Part shown: positions 37,447 through 48,060 of the stretch, piece by piece
Position numbering within the stretch: the first letter of the stretch is position 1
Layout of the letters: every line of letters begins with the position of its first letter
Origin: a bacterium
Lineage (GTDB): Bacteria > Cyanobacteriota > Vampirovibrionia > Gastranaerophilales > JBAXKC01
NCBI GenBank assembly: GCA_037137535.1
Contig: JBAXKC010000002.1
Coordinates: 64,001 to 128,000, forward strand
Length of the DNA stretch: 64,000 nt
Direction of reading: 5' to 3'
Position numbers and translations under genes: made by a program
Notes under the pieces: generated by a model
The model's input: only the letters and a program-made list of their open reading frames with translations
The model's database searches: none
Told to the model about the DNA's origin: nothing

Positions 37447-40400
37447 AAATAACGATATAAAAAAAGTTCTGGTAATTGGCTCAGGACCAATAATAATTGG
37501 ACAAGCTGCTGAATTTGATTACGCAGGTACTCAAGCCTGTAAATCTCTGAAAGAAGAAGGTATTAAAGTTATTCTTGTAAATAGCAACCCTGCAACAATA
37601 ATGACCGATGATAACATTGCAGATAAGGTTTATATTCAGCCGATAAATGTACAGGCAATAGAATATATTATCAACAAAGAAAGACCTGACGGACTTTTGC
37701 CGACTTTAGGCGGTCAAACAGGCTTAAATATGGCGGTTGAGCTTAATGAAGCAGGAATATTAGAGAAATACAACGTAAAACTTTTAGGAACGTCCTTAGA
37801 TACAATTAAAAAAGCAGAAGACAGAGAAAGTTTTAAAGAATTAATGCAGGAAATAGGCGAGCCTATACCAAAAAGCAAAATTGTTGAAACTCTGGAAGAT
37901 GGTTTAGCTTTTGCAACTGAAACAGGTTATCCTCTAATAGTAAGACCAGCTTATACTCTTGGCGGAACAGGAGGTGGTATAGCCTTTAATGAAGGAGAAC
38001 TAAAAAAAGTTTTATATTCTGGATTAATGCACAGTAGAATAAATCAGGTTTTACTTGAGCAAAGCGTTGCAGGTTTCAAAGAAATAGAATATGAAGTAAT
38101 GAGAGATTCTAATGATACTTGCATTGTCATCTGTAACATGGAAAATCTTGATCCTGTCGGTATTCATACAGGTGATAGCATAGTTGTTGCACCATCACAA
38201 ACGCTAAGAGATGAAGAATATCAAATGTTGAGAAGTTCTTCAATTAAAATAATCAAAGCCTTAAAAATCGAGGGAGGCTGTAATGTTCAATACGCATTAA
38301 ATCCCGATTCACTTGAGTATTTCGTAATTGAAGTAAACCCGAGAGTCAGCAGATCATCTGCTTTAGCATCAAAAGCGGCAGGCTATCCAATTGCTAAAAT
38401 TGCTGCAAAAATAGCAATTGGTTTACATTTACACGAAATACCGAATTACGTTACAAAAAAAACTAAAGCCTCTTTCGAGCCTGTATTAGATTATATAGTT
38501 ACTAAAATTCCTAAGTTTCCTTTTGATAAATTTTCTTATGCTGATAAGACTCTTGGTACTCAAATGAAAGCTACTGGAGAAGTTATGGCAATAGACAGGA
38601 CTTTTGAAAGTTCTTTTCTTAAAGCTATGATTTCACTTGAAGGCGGAGAAACAGGTTTAAGAAGAACTTATTTATCAGAAATGAGCGATGAAGAAATTCT
38701 GGAAAGCCTTAAAGAAATAACTGAGTGCAGAATTTTAAACGTAGCAGAGGCTTTAAGAAGAGATATTTCGATAGAAACAATATATTCTATTACGAAAATT
38801 GATAAATGGTTTTTAAATAAACTTAAAAACATTACAAATATGGAAAACAGGCTAAAAAGAGAACTTTTAACGGCTAATTTATTGAAAACGTGTGAAGCAA
38901 TGGGCTTTACGGACAATGAAATATGCGAACTCTCAGACGAACCGCTCGAAGTATTAGACACTCTTAGAAGAGTTTACAACCTTTATCCTGTCTATAAAAT
39001 AGTTGATACTTGCGCAGGCGAATTTGAATCAGCAACACCATACTATTATTCAACCTATGAACAAGAAGACGAAAATATAATCAGCAATAGGGAAAAAGTT
39101 ATAGTAATTGGTTCAGGACCTATAAGAATTGGACAGGGCATTGAGTTTGATTATTGTTCAGTACACGCAGCATGGGCTATTCAAGAAGCTGGACATGAGT
39201 CGATAATAATTAATAATAATCCAGAAACAGTTAGTACAGACTTTGATACAGCTGATAAATTATATTTCGAGCCTTTATATATAGAAGATGTATTTAACGC
39301 AATAAGAAAAGAAATGCCCAAAGGAGTAATTGTACAATTTGGCGGACAAACTGCTATTAATCTTGCTCCTAAACTTCTTAAAAGAGGCGTTCAGATACTT
39401 GGAACATCAGTTGATTCAATAGATGTAGCAGAGGATAGAAAAAGATTTGAAAGATTATTAAGAGAGCTTGGAATACCACAACCTAACGGAACAGCAGTAA
39501 CAAACCTTGAAGATGCCGTAACAGCCGCAGAAACTCTAGGTTATCCCGTATTAGTAAGACCTTCTTATGTAATAGGCGGAAGAGCAATGCAAGTTGTGCT
39601 CTCAAAAGAAGAGCTTATTTTATATGTTCTTGAAGCAGCTTCATTATCTGATGAACATCCGATTTTAATTGATAGCTATATAAAAGGTAAAGAAGTCGAA
39701 GTTGATGCAATATCAGATAGAGAAAATATCTTAATCCCAGGAATAATGGAGCATATAGAAAAAACAGGAGTTCATTCAGGGGACAGCATAACCGTTTATC
39801 CGACACAAACTCTTTCTAGAAATGTAATTGATAAAATGATTGGTTATACAGAAAAAATTGCAAAAGCACTTCAAGTAATAGGACTAATGAATATTCAATT
39901 TGTCGTAAAAGATGAAGATGTTTTTGTAATCGAAGTTAATCCTAGAGCCTCAAGAACGGTGCCAATTCTAAGTAAAGTAACTAAAGTTCCTATGGTTAAT
40001 ATTGCAGTAAGAACAATATTGGGCGAAAAGTTAAAAAATATGGAATACGGAGTCGGCTTAATGCCCACAAGCAATCTTGTAGCAGTAAAAATACCAGTCT
40101 TTTCCTTTCAAAAACTTCATGGTGTCGATGTAGCATTAACACCTGAAATGAAATCAACTGGAGAAGTATTAGGAGTTGCTGAAAATTATGAAGAAGCCTT
40201 ATTAAAAGGCTTTATGGGAGCTGATTATAAGTTTTTCAACGGCGGTAAGATTTTAGTTTCTATTTCAGATAATGATAAAGAAGATTTAATAGTACCACTT
40301 AAAAAAATAATTAAAAAAGGTTTTAAGGTAGTAGCAACACAAAAAACTTACGAATATTTAAAATGCAATAATATTGACACAGAAGTGATTGATATAGAAA

Positions 40401-40645
40401 ATATTGACGAAATAATAAATAAAATCAAATCGGGAGAAATAAATTTAGTTATCAACACACCTACATTAGGAAAAAATCCTAAAAGAGCAGGATTTAAAAT
40501 AAGGCAGGCTGCTCAACAATATAAGATACCGACATTTACATGTATTGATACTTTTGATGCTTACATAAAAGCATTAACAGCTTATCAAAATAAAGATAAA
40601 TTAACATTTGAAACTATTGATTACTACATAAAAGGAGAAAAATAA
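37439..40645 (+). CDS. carB: Carbamoyl-phosphate synthase large subunit
   Basis: MPK start, [15 protein letters not shown], two ATP-grasp domains, MGS domain. Confidence 0.98.
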   Translation: MPKNNDIKKVLVIGSGPIIIGQAAEFDYAGTQACKSLKEEGIKVILVNSNPATIMTDDNIADKVYIQPINVQAIEYIINKERPDGLLPTLGGQTGLNMAVELNEAGILEKYNVKLLGTSLDTIKKAEDRESFKELMQEIGEPIPKSKIVETLEDGLAFATETGYPLIVRPAYTLGGTGGGIAFNEGELKKVLYSGLMHSRINQVLLEQSVAGFKEIEYEVMRDSNDTCIVICNMENLDPVGIHTGDSIVVAPSQTLRDEEYQMLRSSSIKIIKALKIEGGCNVQYALNPDSLEYFVIEVNPRVSRSSALASKAAGYPIAKIAAKIAIGLHLHEIPNYVTKKTKASFEPVLDYIVTKIPKFPFDKFSYADKTLGTQMKATGEVMAIDRTFESSFLKAMISLEGGETGLRRTYLSEMSDEEILESLKEITECRILNVAEALRRDISIETIYSITKIDKWFLNKLKNITNMENRLKRELLTANLLKTCEAMGFTDNEICELSDEPLEVLDTLRRVYNLYPVYKIVDTCAGEFESATPYYYSTYEQEDENIISNREKVIVIGSGPIRIGQGIEFDYCSVHAAWAIQEAGHESIIINNNPETVSTDFDTADKLYFEPLYIEDVFNAIRKEMPKGVIVQFGGQTAINLAPKLLKRGVQILGTSVDSIDVAEDRKRFERLLRELGIPQPNGTAVTNLEDAVTAAETLGYPVLVRPSYVIGGRAMQVVLSKEELILYVLEAASLSDEHPILIDSYIKGKEVEVDAISDRENILIPGIMEHIEKTGVHSGDSITVYPTQTLSRNVIDKMIGYTEKIAKALQVIGLMNIQFVVKDEDVFVIEVNPRASRTVPILSKVTKVPMVNIAVRTILGEKLKNMEYGVGLMPTSNLVAVKIPVFSFQKLHGVDVALTPEMKSTGEVLGVAENYEEALLKGFMGADYKFFNGGKILVSISDNDKEDLIVPLKKIIKKGFKVVATQKTYEYLKCNNIDTEVIDIENIDEIINKIKSGEINLVINTPTLGKNPKRAGFKIRQAAQQYKIPTFTCIDTFDAYIKALTAYQNKDKLTFETIDYYIKGEK

Positions 40646-41859
40646 TGAAAAAGAAGGTAGTTCTTGCATACTCAGGCGGACTTGATACTACGGTAATTAT
40701 TCCATGGTTAAAAGAAAATTATGATTATGATGTAATAGCCGTTTGCGTTGACTTAGGACAAGGAACTGAAACAGAAGGCTTGGAAGAAAAAGCTATATCA
40801 ACAGGCGCAAGTAAATTCTTTTTAGTAGATGTTAAAGATGAATTCGTAACTGACTATATTTTCCCGACATTAAAAGCAGGGGCGATATATGAAAATAGAT
40901 ATTTACTCGGAACTTCAATGGCAAGACCTTTAATTGCAAAAGTATTGGCGAAAATTGCAATTGAAGAAGGCGCAGAAGCGATTTGCCACGGTGCGACAGG
41001 CAAAGGTAACGATCAAGTTAGATTTGAACTTGGAATTAAAGCATTTGCTCCAAATATGAAAATAATTGCTCCTTGGAGAATGTGGGATTTAAAATCAAGA
41101 GAAGATTTAATAAATTATTTACAAAAGAAAGGTATAAATTTACCTTTCAGAGTAACTGAAAGTTACAGCAGAGATAAAAATTTATGGCACTTAAGTCATG
41201 AAGGTTTAGAGCTTGAAGATCCATCAGTTGAACCTGATTACGAAAAGATTTTACAAATAGCAGTACCTCTTGAAAAAGCATCAGATACACCTGAATATGT
41301 TGAACTTGAGTTTATAAAAGGTATTCCTGTAAAACTTAACGGTGAAGAAGTTTCACCCGTTGAATTAATTAAACAACTTAATATTATTGGCGGAAGACAC
41401 TCAGTTGGACTTACTGATTTAGTCGAAAACAGAGTTGTAGGAATAAAAGCCAGAGGAGTTTATGAAAATCCGGCTGGAGCTGTATTATTCTTTGCTCATG
41501 AACAACTTGAACATATTTGCCTCGACAGACAAACCTACTCTTTCAAGCAAAATGTAGCTAACAGGTTTGCAGAGCTTACTTATGCAGGTGAATGGTTCAC
41601 ATTACTAAGAGAATCATTAAGTGCTTTTATTGATTACACTCAGCTTACAGTAACAGGTACTGTTAAACTTAAACTTTTCAAAGGAAATATAATTCCTGCT
41701 GGCACAACTTCACCGTATTCTTTATATGATGAAAGCCTTGCAAGCTTTACAACCGGCGATTTATACAGCCACAAAGACGCAGAAGGCTTTATTAATCTGT
41801 ATGGTTTACCAATTAAAGTCAGAGCCTTAATGTCCGAAGCTAAAGGTTTATTGATTTAA
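40645..41859 (+). CDS. argG: Argininosuccinate synthase
   Basis: [23 protein letters not shown]. Confidence 0.98.
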   Translation: MKKKVVLAYSGGLDTTVIIPWLKENYDYDVIAVCVDLGQGTETEGLEEKAISTGASKFFLVDVKDEFVTDYIFPTLKAGAIYENRYLLGTSMARPLIAKVLAKIAIEEGAEAICHGATGKGNDQVRFELGIKAFAPNMKIIAPWRMWDLKSREDLINYLQKKGINLPFRVTESYSRDKNLWHLSHEGLELEDPSVEPDYEKILQIAVPLEKASDTPEYVELEFIKGIPVKLNGEEVSPVELIKQLNIIGGRHSVGLTDLVENRVVGIKARGVYENPAGAVLFFAHEQLEHICLDRQTYSFKQNVANRFAELTYAGEWFTLLRESLSAFIDYTQLTVTGTVKLKLFKGNIIPAGTTSPYSLYDESLASFTTGDLYSHKDAEGFINLYGLPIKVRALMSEAKGLLI

Positions 41860-41873
41860 TTATTCCATTCAAT

Positions 41874-41907
41874 AAAAAATGGGCTTATGTTAAAAGCCCA
41901 TTTTTTT
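41874..41907. terminator. Bidirectional terminator ending arg operon
   Basis: AAAAAATGGGCTT / AAGCCCATTTTTTT. Confidence 0.8.
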
Positions 41908-41935
41908 ATGTTGTTTAGAGTTATTTATCTAAACA

Positions 41936-42271
41936 CTAACCAATAGCACTAAAAGTAACAGTTTCTCTGTTTTTTTCTTGATTTACACCATAAAGCAAAC
42001 TTTTAATAGTTTCACGACTTGCCCCAGAGTTTAATAGCCCATCTTTTATAAAATCATAATCCGTTATAGACATTTGAGGATTATCGGTATTAATGCCAAT
42101 AGAATCAGCGGAAGAGGAGATTATAATATCTTTGTATTTAGGATTATCACCATGTTCTTTAATATTTTTCAAACTATTATATACAGCCTTTTGATCAGCA
42201 CAATTTTGACCACATGGTCGAAAATCAAGTTTGTAATTTCCTGTAAAAGCAATGTTATTGTTTAATTTCAC
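41936..42271 (-). CDS. Small hypothetical protein (GTG start, MKLNNNIAFTG leader)
   Basis: AAGGAG upstream; 111-aa ORF. Confidence 0.65.
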   Translation of the reverse strand: MKLNNNIAFTGNYKLDFRPCGQNCADQKAVYNSLKNIKEHGDNPKYKDIIISSSADSIGINTDNPQMSITDYDFIKDGLLNSGASRETIKSLLYGVNQEKNRETVTFSAIG

Positions 42272-42634
42272 TTTGCATATCTCCTTATAAAATCATATAG
42301 CTTAAAAGTCAGGTAAAAATGTTATTACCAATTATATAATTTTACAAAAAACATATTAGTATTGAAATCTATAGAGATATAAAGATTCGGTATATTTAAG
42401 ATTATCTCAGTTTTCTTTTATTTTATTCAAACTTTTGAATACGACTTCTTGAATATCAGGAAATGTTGAGAAAATTGTTTTGATAAATTCAAAAAATCCA
42501 AATAAATATATTTTTGTAAAGTATAGTTTACTCAAAGAACAATTAAAATAGATATGTTGTTTTTATATATTCAAACATTATACTTATTTTAATATATAAC
42601 TAATGCATATTAATAATTGCAGGAAATAAATTTT

Positions 42635-43684
42635 ATGAAAAAAAAATTATTATTCATTCTATCTCTTTTTCTTTTAATATTTATTTATTCTGCAGGAATT
42701 TTAATTAAATTCAACTTTGGCACTTCTGCCACCGACTATTTTAATAAAGGAATGCATCAAATAGTTTTACATAACTATAAAAAAGCTATTGAGAATTTTA
42801 ATAAAGCTATTTCAATTAATTTTAATTATTCAGAAGCATATTTTAATAGAGGCAATGCAAAAGAGTATTTAAACGATAAAAAAGGAGCGATAGAAGACTA
42901 TAATAAGGCTATATTAAGGAATCCAAACCTTGATTATATGTATATAAACAGAGGAAACGCCAAAAGTAATTTAAAAGAAGCTATCAAAGACTATAATAAA
43001 GCTATTTCAATCAATCCTCATAATCTAGCTGCATATCATAATAGAGCAAATGCTAAAGAGCGCTTAGGCGATTATAAAGGTGCAATTAACGATTACACAA
43101 AAGCAATCTCTATGACTCAAAAGCCTTTAAGCTACGAATCACGAGGACAAGCTAAACAACATTTAGGTGACTATGCCGGTGCACTTCAAGATTATAATAA
43201 AGCAATTTCTCTTTTTCCAAATTCAGATATGGGTTACATTTTTAGAGCAGGCATTAAATCCGAATTAGGCAATGACAAAGGAGCTGTTGACAATTATAAT
43301 AAAGCACTTTCTCTCAATATTAATAAGGATATGGCTTATAACGCTCTAGGTTATTTATACATATTAAATAATGAAACCGATCTTGCTATTGAAAACTTAG
43401 AAAAAGCGCTTACTTTAAATATTAATTCTCCCTGTATATTATCAAATTTAGGTGAAGCTTATCAACAAAAAAATGATATAAATAAATCTAAAAAATATTA
43501 TCAAAGAGCAAAAAAAGTTTACCCAAGTTTTCCTAAATACTTATACAAAGAAGCAATAGAAACCCGACTGAAAAATATAAGAAATTCAAAAAGTTGCATA
43601 AGACAAGCCTATGCGATGTCCCCAGATGATAAAGAAATTAAAAAACTTTATGACGAATTAATATTAAATTCAAAGAAGGATTGA
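42635..43684 (+). CDS. Membrane-anchored or secreted TPR-repeat protein
   Basis: N-terminal hydrophobic helix; repeated Y.NRG.AK..LGD.KGAI.DYNKAI units. Confidence 0.9.
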   Translation: MKKKLLFILSLFLLIFIYSAGILIKFNFGTSATDYFNKGMHQIVLHNYKKAIENFNKAISINFNYSEAYFNRGNAKEYLNDKKGAIEDYNKAILRNPNLDYMYINRGNAKSNLKEAIKDYNKAISINPHNLAAYHNRANAKERLGDYKGAINDYTKAISMTQKPLSYESRGQAKQHLGDYAGALQDYNKAISLFPNSDMGYIFRAGIKSELGNDKGAVDNYNKALSLNINKDMAYNALGYLYILNNETDLAIENLEKALTLNINSPCILSNLGEAYQQKNDINKSKKYYQRAKKVYPSFPKYLYKEAIETRLKNIRNSKSCIRQAYAMSPDDKEIKKLYDELILNSKKD

Positions 43685-43686
43685 TT

Positions 43687-45057
43687 ATGACTTCAAATAT
43701 TGATAAAAAATCAAAAAAGAATTCAATGACTAAAACTATAATATTAAACGTTTCAAAAAAAATTTTTAGTAAACTTCAGCCTCATCTTATTTTTTTATTT
43801 TGTTTATTAACAACTTTCGCGCTTTATGTGAAACTTCTAAGTTTTTGTAATTATCAAACTCGTTTTTTAATATCGTTAAATATTGTAATTTATTCGATTA
43901 GTGCCATAATTGGTGTTCTTTTAGGGCATATTATTGATAAGTTCATTAAAAAGAGAAATGAAAAAAAACAAAAATTAAAATTAGAAGAACTAAAAAAGAG
44001 TACTAAAACTTTATTAAATCCCAATCCTGAATTGCTTTATAAAGAAATATATGTTGAACAAATTCAATTTGAAGTGGGATATAGTTTAATAAAAATTGCT
44101 GATCCCGAACAAGGAGGAAATGTTGTTCCTTTAATAGATGATCTTAGAGGCAAACTAATTGATAAATTAGGATATATAATTCCGCCCATAAGAATTTGTG
44201 ATACTACAACTTTAGAAGAAAATGAATATCAGATTTTAATAAGAGAACAATTTGCCGTTAAAGGCAAAGTTTTTCCATTCCATAAAATGGCTACAAAAAG
44301 AGAATTAATAACAAACAATATTGAAATAAAAGCAGAATGGCAAGAAGAAACGCATCCGATAACAAAAGAAACTGTCTATTGGATAAAAAATGCAGAAAAA
44401 GAGTTTTTGGAAAAAGTTAATCTGATTAATCCAACTGATTTAATGATTGAACATTTAAAAACTGTCTGTATAAATTATTCAGATAATCTATTTACTTTAG
44501 ACAGCACAAAAAAGCTTTTAGAACATAGCAAAAACCTAGCACCAGTTTATTTTGATAATTTGGAGATTTCTTTGAGCCTTTTAAGAAAAATCCTTGTTAA
44601 CCTTATAAGAGAAGAAGTTTCAATAAAAGATATTCAATTAATTCTTCAATCATTAATTGAATTAACTGATAAAAAAATTTATGATGCTGATTATTTATCA
44701 GAACAATTAAGAAAAAAATTTATAAGACTCATTTCTACCAAATATGTTGATAAACAAAATATTTTAACCTGCATTAAAGTGCCTACTGACTTTGAACATT
44801 TATTTATGCCTAATTCAGATAGTAACAATTTAATACTATCTTTAATAAAATCAATTGAAACTCAAATTAATGAAGCCTATTATAAAAATGGAACCTATCC
44901 AGTTATTTTATGCTCAAATAATATCAGATTAAATCTATTTAGAACATTCAAAGAAAACATTAAAAACCTTACTATAACGGTGTTGGCAGAAGATGAAATT
45001 GCTGAATTTGTTATAATTAATAATATTGCTAATTTTTCAGAACTAAAAGTATTCTAA
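43687..45057 (+). CDS. FlhA/FHIPEP cytoplasmic-domain protein with only ~2 TM helices
   Basis: EVGYSLI.IADPEQGG, LGYIIPPIRICD...L..NEY.I.IR, LRKILVNLIREEVSIKD, PVILCS..IR. Confidence 0.8.
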   Translation: MTSNIDKKSKKNSMTKTIILNVSKKIFSKLQPHLIFLFCLLTTFALYVKLLSFCNYQTRFLISLNIVIYSISAIIGVLLGHIIDKFIKKRNEKKQKLKLEELKKSTKTLLNPNPELLYKEIYVEQIQFEVGYSLIKIADPEQGGNVVPLIDDLRGKLIDKLGYIIPPIRICDTTTLEENEYQILIREQFAVKGKVFPFHKMATKRELITNNIEIKAEWQEETHPITKETVYWIKNAEKEFLEKVNLINPTDLMIEHLKTVCINYSDNLFTLDSTKKLLEHSKNLAPVYFDNLEISLSLLRKILVNLIREEVSIKDIQLILQSLIELTDKKIYDADYLSEQLRKKFIRLISTKYVDKQNILTCIKVPTDFEHLFMPNSDSNNLILSLIKSIETQINEAYYKNGTYPVILCSNNIRLNLFRTFKENIKNLTITVLAEDEIAEFVIINNIANFSELKVF

Positions 45058-45293
45058 AATATGTATTTATAGGAAGGTGAAATCTATTTTAAATACCTTT
45101 ATATGCTTTATATGGGTAATTGCAGGTGCTAGTTTTTATTTTATCTTAAAACAGATTAAAAAATGGATGGTTAAGAGTATTGAAAAAAAATTAAATGAAA
45201 TTAAATTAATAATGTAAAAAATAGAAGCGAGTGAAACTTCTGATAATTAAAATACACTCTAATTTTTTTATTAATACTGTTTAATTTACCTTA

Positions 45294-45932
45294 TTAACTA
45301 TAAGGATTTTCGCCTTCTAACATTAACGACAAAGAAATAAAACTTGCTGCCAAGTCTTGATTACAAATATGTATGCCTTCCGGCACTTTCAAAGTGGCGG
45401 GGGCAAAATTCCATATTGCTTTTATACCCGCTTCTACAATAAAATCAGTAGTATTTTGAGCGTATTCCGTTGGTATAGTCAAAATAGCCATTCTGACATT
45501 TTGTTTTTTTACAAAATCAGGAAGAGTCGAAATAGGAAAGATTTCTTTATTTGAGATTTTTAAACCGATTTTTTGTGGATCGTTATCAAAAATACCCGCA
45601 ATTTCTAAACCATATTTTTTAAATCCGTCATATTTAGCAAGAGCAATTCCAAGATTTCCTGCTCCTATTAAAAAAGCAGGTTTAAATGTTTTAAAACCAA
45701 GATAGTTTTCAAGATGTTCTTTAAAATCTTTAATATCAAATCCAATTTTTGGCTTACCGACATAACCTGTTGCAGCAATGTCTTTTCTTACCTGAGTATC
45801 GTCAATAGCAAGAGCATTAGCAATTTTAGCGCTTGAAATGAATTTTTGACCATCGTTAAGCGCTTCACAGAGAATATTATAATAATTTGGCAATCTTCTT
45901 AAAGTAGGAACTGGAATTGGCTTATTACTCAT
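45294..45932 (-). CDS. rex: Redox-sensing transcriptional repressor
   Basis: IP.PTLRRLPNYY, QVRKD, GAGNLG.AL, IWNFAP. Confidence 0.93.
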   Translation of the reverse strand: MSNKPIPVPTLRRLPNYYNILCEALNDGQKFISSAKIANALAIDDTQVRKDIAATGYVGKPKIGFDIKDFKEHLENYLGFKTFKPAFLIGAGNLGIALAKYDGFKKYGLEIAGIFDNDPQKIGLKISNKEIFPISTLPDFVKKQNVRMAILTIPTEYAQNTTDFIVEAGIKAIWNFAPATLKVPEGIHICNQDLAASFISLSLMLEGENPYS

Positions 45933-45957
45933 AATTTATCTCATTTTCTTTCCCTGG

Positions 45958-46014
45958 CGATTAACTCCCTAATTAATGGAATTAATCGGCAAAGAGGGGA
46001 AAATTAATTCCCCT
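45958..46014 (-). terminator. Two tandem hairpins between hydA and rex (partial terminator or stability element)
   Basis: AGGGGAA/TTCCCCT (45995-46014) and CGATTAACTCC/GGAATTAATCG (45958-45988). Confidence 0.5.
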
Positions 46015-46032
46015 TACTCTGCTTACTTCTTA

Positions 46033-48057
46033 CTAAAGTTTTGGCTCAATTTCACTTTCAAAGATTTCTTTTGCTCTGTCAGAAGTAGCATTATAAATAA
46101 GTTGTCCGTTTACTGACATGTTAGGACCAACTCCGCATTTTTCAAAACAGAATCTGCCTTTAACAGCAACTTTATCTGAAACGTTTTTATCAGCTACAAT
46201 TTCAATAAATTTTTGCATTGTGTCATAAGATCCGTTGTTATAGCAACATGTTCCTACACACACTTCAAGTTGTAATTTATCGGTATCATCTTCTTTTGTG
46301 AAGCTAATGCCGCCTTCAATTCTCTTTTTGCTGTGATAATGAGTATGAAGAAACTCGTGTGCAAGTTCGCTGTTCGGATTTTTTAACCATTCTTTGTAAA
46401 GTTTTTGAACATCAGTATTTTCATGTGATTTTCTGATTTTATGCTCTACATCAGACTGGTAAATACCTTTCATTCTGTCTTCTTTAATGGAAGGATCTTT
46501 ACAGCTTTGCGGCTGACCGCCACCAGTAATACAACCTGCAGGACAAGCCATTACTTCAACCATATCATAATGAGCTTCTCCGCTAATAATCTTTTTGCAA
46601 AGATCATCAGCTTCGTTTAATGTTGCACAGATAGCAATTTTAAGTTTTTTGCCTTCAAGGTCAACTGAGAACTCTTTAAATTTATTAAATCCTCTAGCTT
46701 CCTCAACGACAATATTACCCATTGGCTTACCTGTAGCAACTTCATAAGCTGTTCTAAGAGCAGCTTCAAGAACTCCGCCTGTGTTAGCAAATATAACGCC
46801 TGCACCGGATAACATACCGAATGGAGCATCTGTTTCTTCAGGTTCAAGGTTTTTAATATCAATACCAGCTTCTTTAATCATTCTTGCAAGTTCTTGGGTT
46901 GTAAGAACGATATCAATATCAGCTTCGCCACCTTCAGCAAACTCAGGACGTTTTGCTTCAGCTTTTTTAGCAGTACAAGGCATAATGGAAACAGTTACAA
47001 CATCTTTTGATTCAATACCCATTTCTTGAGGTAAGAATTTTTTCATAACTGAACCGAACATTTGTTGTGGTGATCTGCAAGTTGAAAGATTGTTAAGTAA
47101 TTGAGGATATTTCAATTCTGCAAATCTTACCCAAGCAGGACAACAACTTGTAAAAATAGGTAATTTTTCGCCTGTTTTAACTCTTGAAAGAAGTTCTGTT
47201 CCTTCTTCCATAATTGTTAAATCAGCGGAGAATGTTGTATCAAATACTTTATCGAAGCCCATTTTTCTAAGAGCCGCAACTATAAGACCAATTGAATTAG
47301 TACCTTTTGGAAGACCAAACGCTTCGCCTAGAGCAACTCTTACAGCAGGAGCAATTTGAGCAACAACTGTCTTTTTCGCATCTAGAAGAGCTTTCCAGGT
47401 TTGCTCTGTCTCAGATTTAATAGTTAAAGCTGCTGTTGGACAAACTTGAATACATTGACCGCAATAAACACAATCAACATCTTTCATGTCTTTGCAGAAT
47501 GCAGGAGTTACAACTGTTTTTGAGCCTCTGCCAGCAAATTCAAGAACTGATTGACCTTGAATTTCGCTACAAGCTCTAACGCAGTCACCACAAAGGATAC
47601 ATTTATTTGGATCTCTTACTACTGATGGGTTACTGTCATCAATAGCAGATTTTTCTTCTCTTTTACCGAATCTAACTTCTTTAATGCCCATTTTTGTTGA
47701 AAGATCTTGAAGTTCGCACTCACCTGATTTTTCGCACATTGTGCATTCTCTGTTGTGGTTAGCAAGAAGAAGCTCTAAGGACATTTTTCTTACTCTTCTT
47801 GTTTTTTCGGTATTTACTTTAACTTTAATACCAGCTTCTGGAGGCATTGTACAACTTGATTGTACGCCTCTGCCTTCAACTTCAACAACGCACATACGAC
47901 AAGCACCATATATTGAAAGATCCGGTCTATAGCAGAATGTAGGTACATCTATTCCTGCTTTTCTTATAACTTCAAGAAGGTTTCTTTCATCGCTGAATTC
48001 TACTTCTTTACCGTCTACGAATAATATATTTTTTTTATCTGTTTTAACGTCAACCAT
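46033..48057 (-). CDS. hydA: [FeFe] hydrogenase catalytic subunit (group A3-type) with C-terminal [2Fe-2S] domain
   Basis: H-cluster motifs TSCCPAW, MPCTAKKAE, EVMACPAGCITGGGQP; N-terminal Fe-S domains; C-terminal CVGTCC...CFEKC. Confidence 0.95.
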   Translation of the reverse strand: MVDVKTDKKNILFVDGKEVEFSDERNLLEVIRKAGIDVPTFCYRPDLSIYGACRMCVVEVEGRGVQSSCTMPPEAGIKVKVNTEKTRRVRKMSLELLLANHNRECTMCEKSGECELQDLSTKMGIKEVRFGKREEKSAIDDSNPSVVRDPNKCILCGDCVRACSEIQGQSVLEFAGRGSKTVVTPAFCKDMKDVDCVYCGQCIQVCPTAALTIKSETEQTWKALLDAKKTVVAQIAPAVRVALGEAFGLPKGTNSIGLIVAALRKMGFDKVFDTTFSADLTIMEEGTELLSRVKTGEKLPIFTSCCPAWVRFAELKYPQLLNNLSTCRSPQQMFGSVMKKFLPQEMGIESKDVVTVSIMPCTAKKAEAKRPEFAEGGEADIDIVLTTQELARMIKEAGIDIKNLEPEETDAPFGMLSGAGVIFANTGGVLEAALRTAYEVATGKPMGNIVVEEARGFNKFKEFSVDLEGKKLKIAICATLNEADDLCKKIISGEAHYDMVEVMACPAGCITGGGQPQSCKDPSIKEDRMKGIYQSDVEHKIRKSHENTDVQKLYKEWLKNPNSELAHEFLHTHYHSKKRIEGGISFTKEDDTDKLQLEVCVGTCCYNNGSYDTMQKFIEIVADKNVSDKVAVKGRFCFEKCGVGPNMSVNGQLIYNATSDRAKEIFESEIEPKL

Positions 48058-48060
48058 TGT

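Noticed and set aside
42300-42600. Possible pseudogene fragment on the minus strand
   Set aside because: Only a ~41-codon frame with no RBS or recognisable motif.
42780-43320. Recurring GA(C/T)TATAATAAAGC-like sequences resembling a CRISPR or repeat array
   Set aside because: They encode the DYNKAI motif of TPR repeats inside an ORF; degenerate and in frame.
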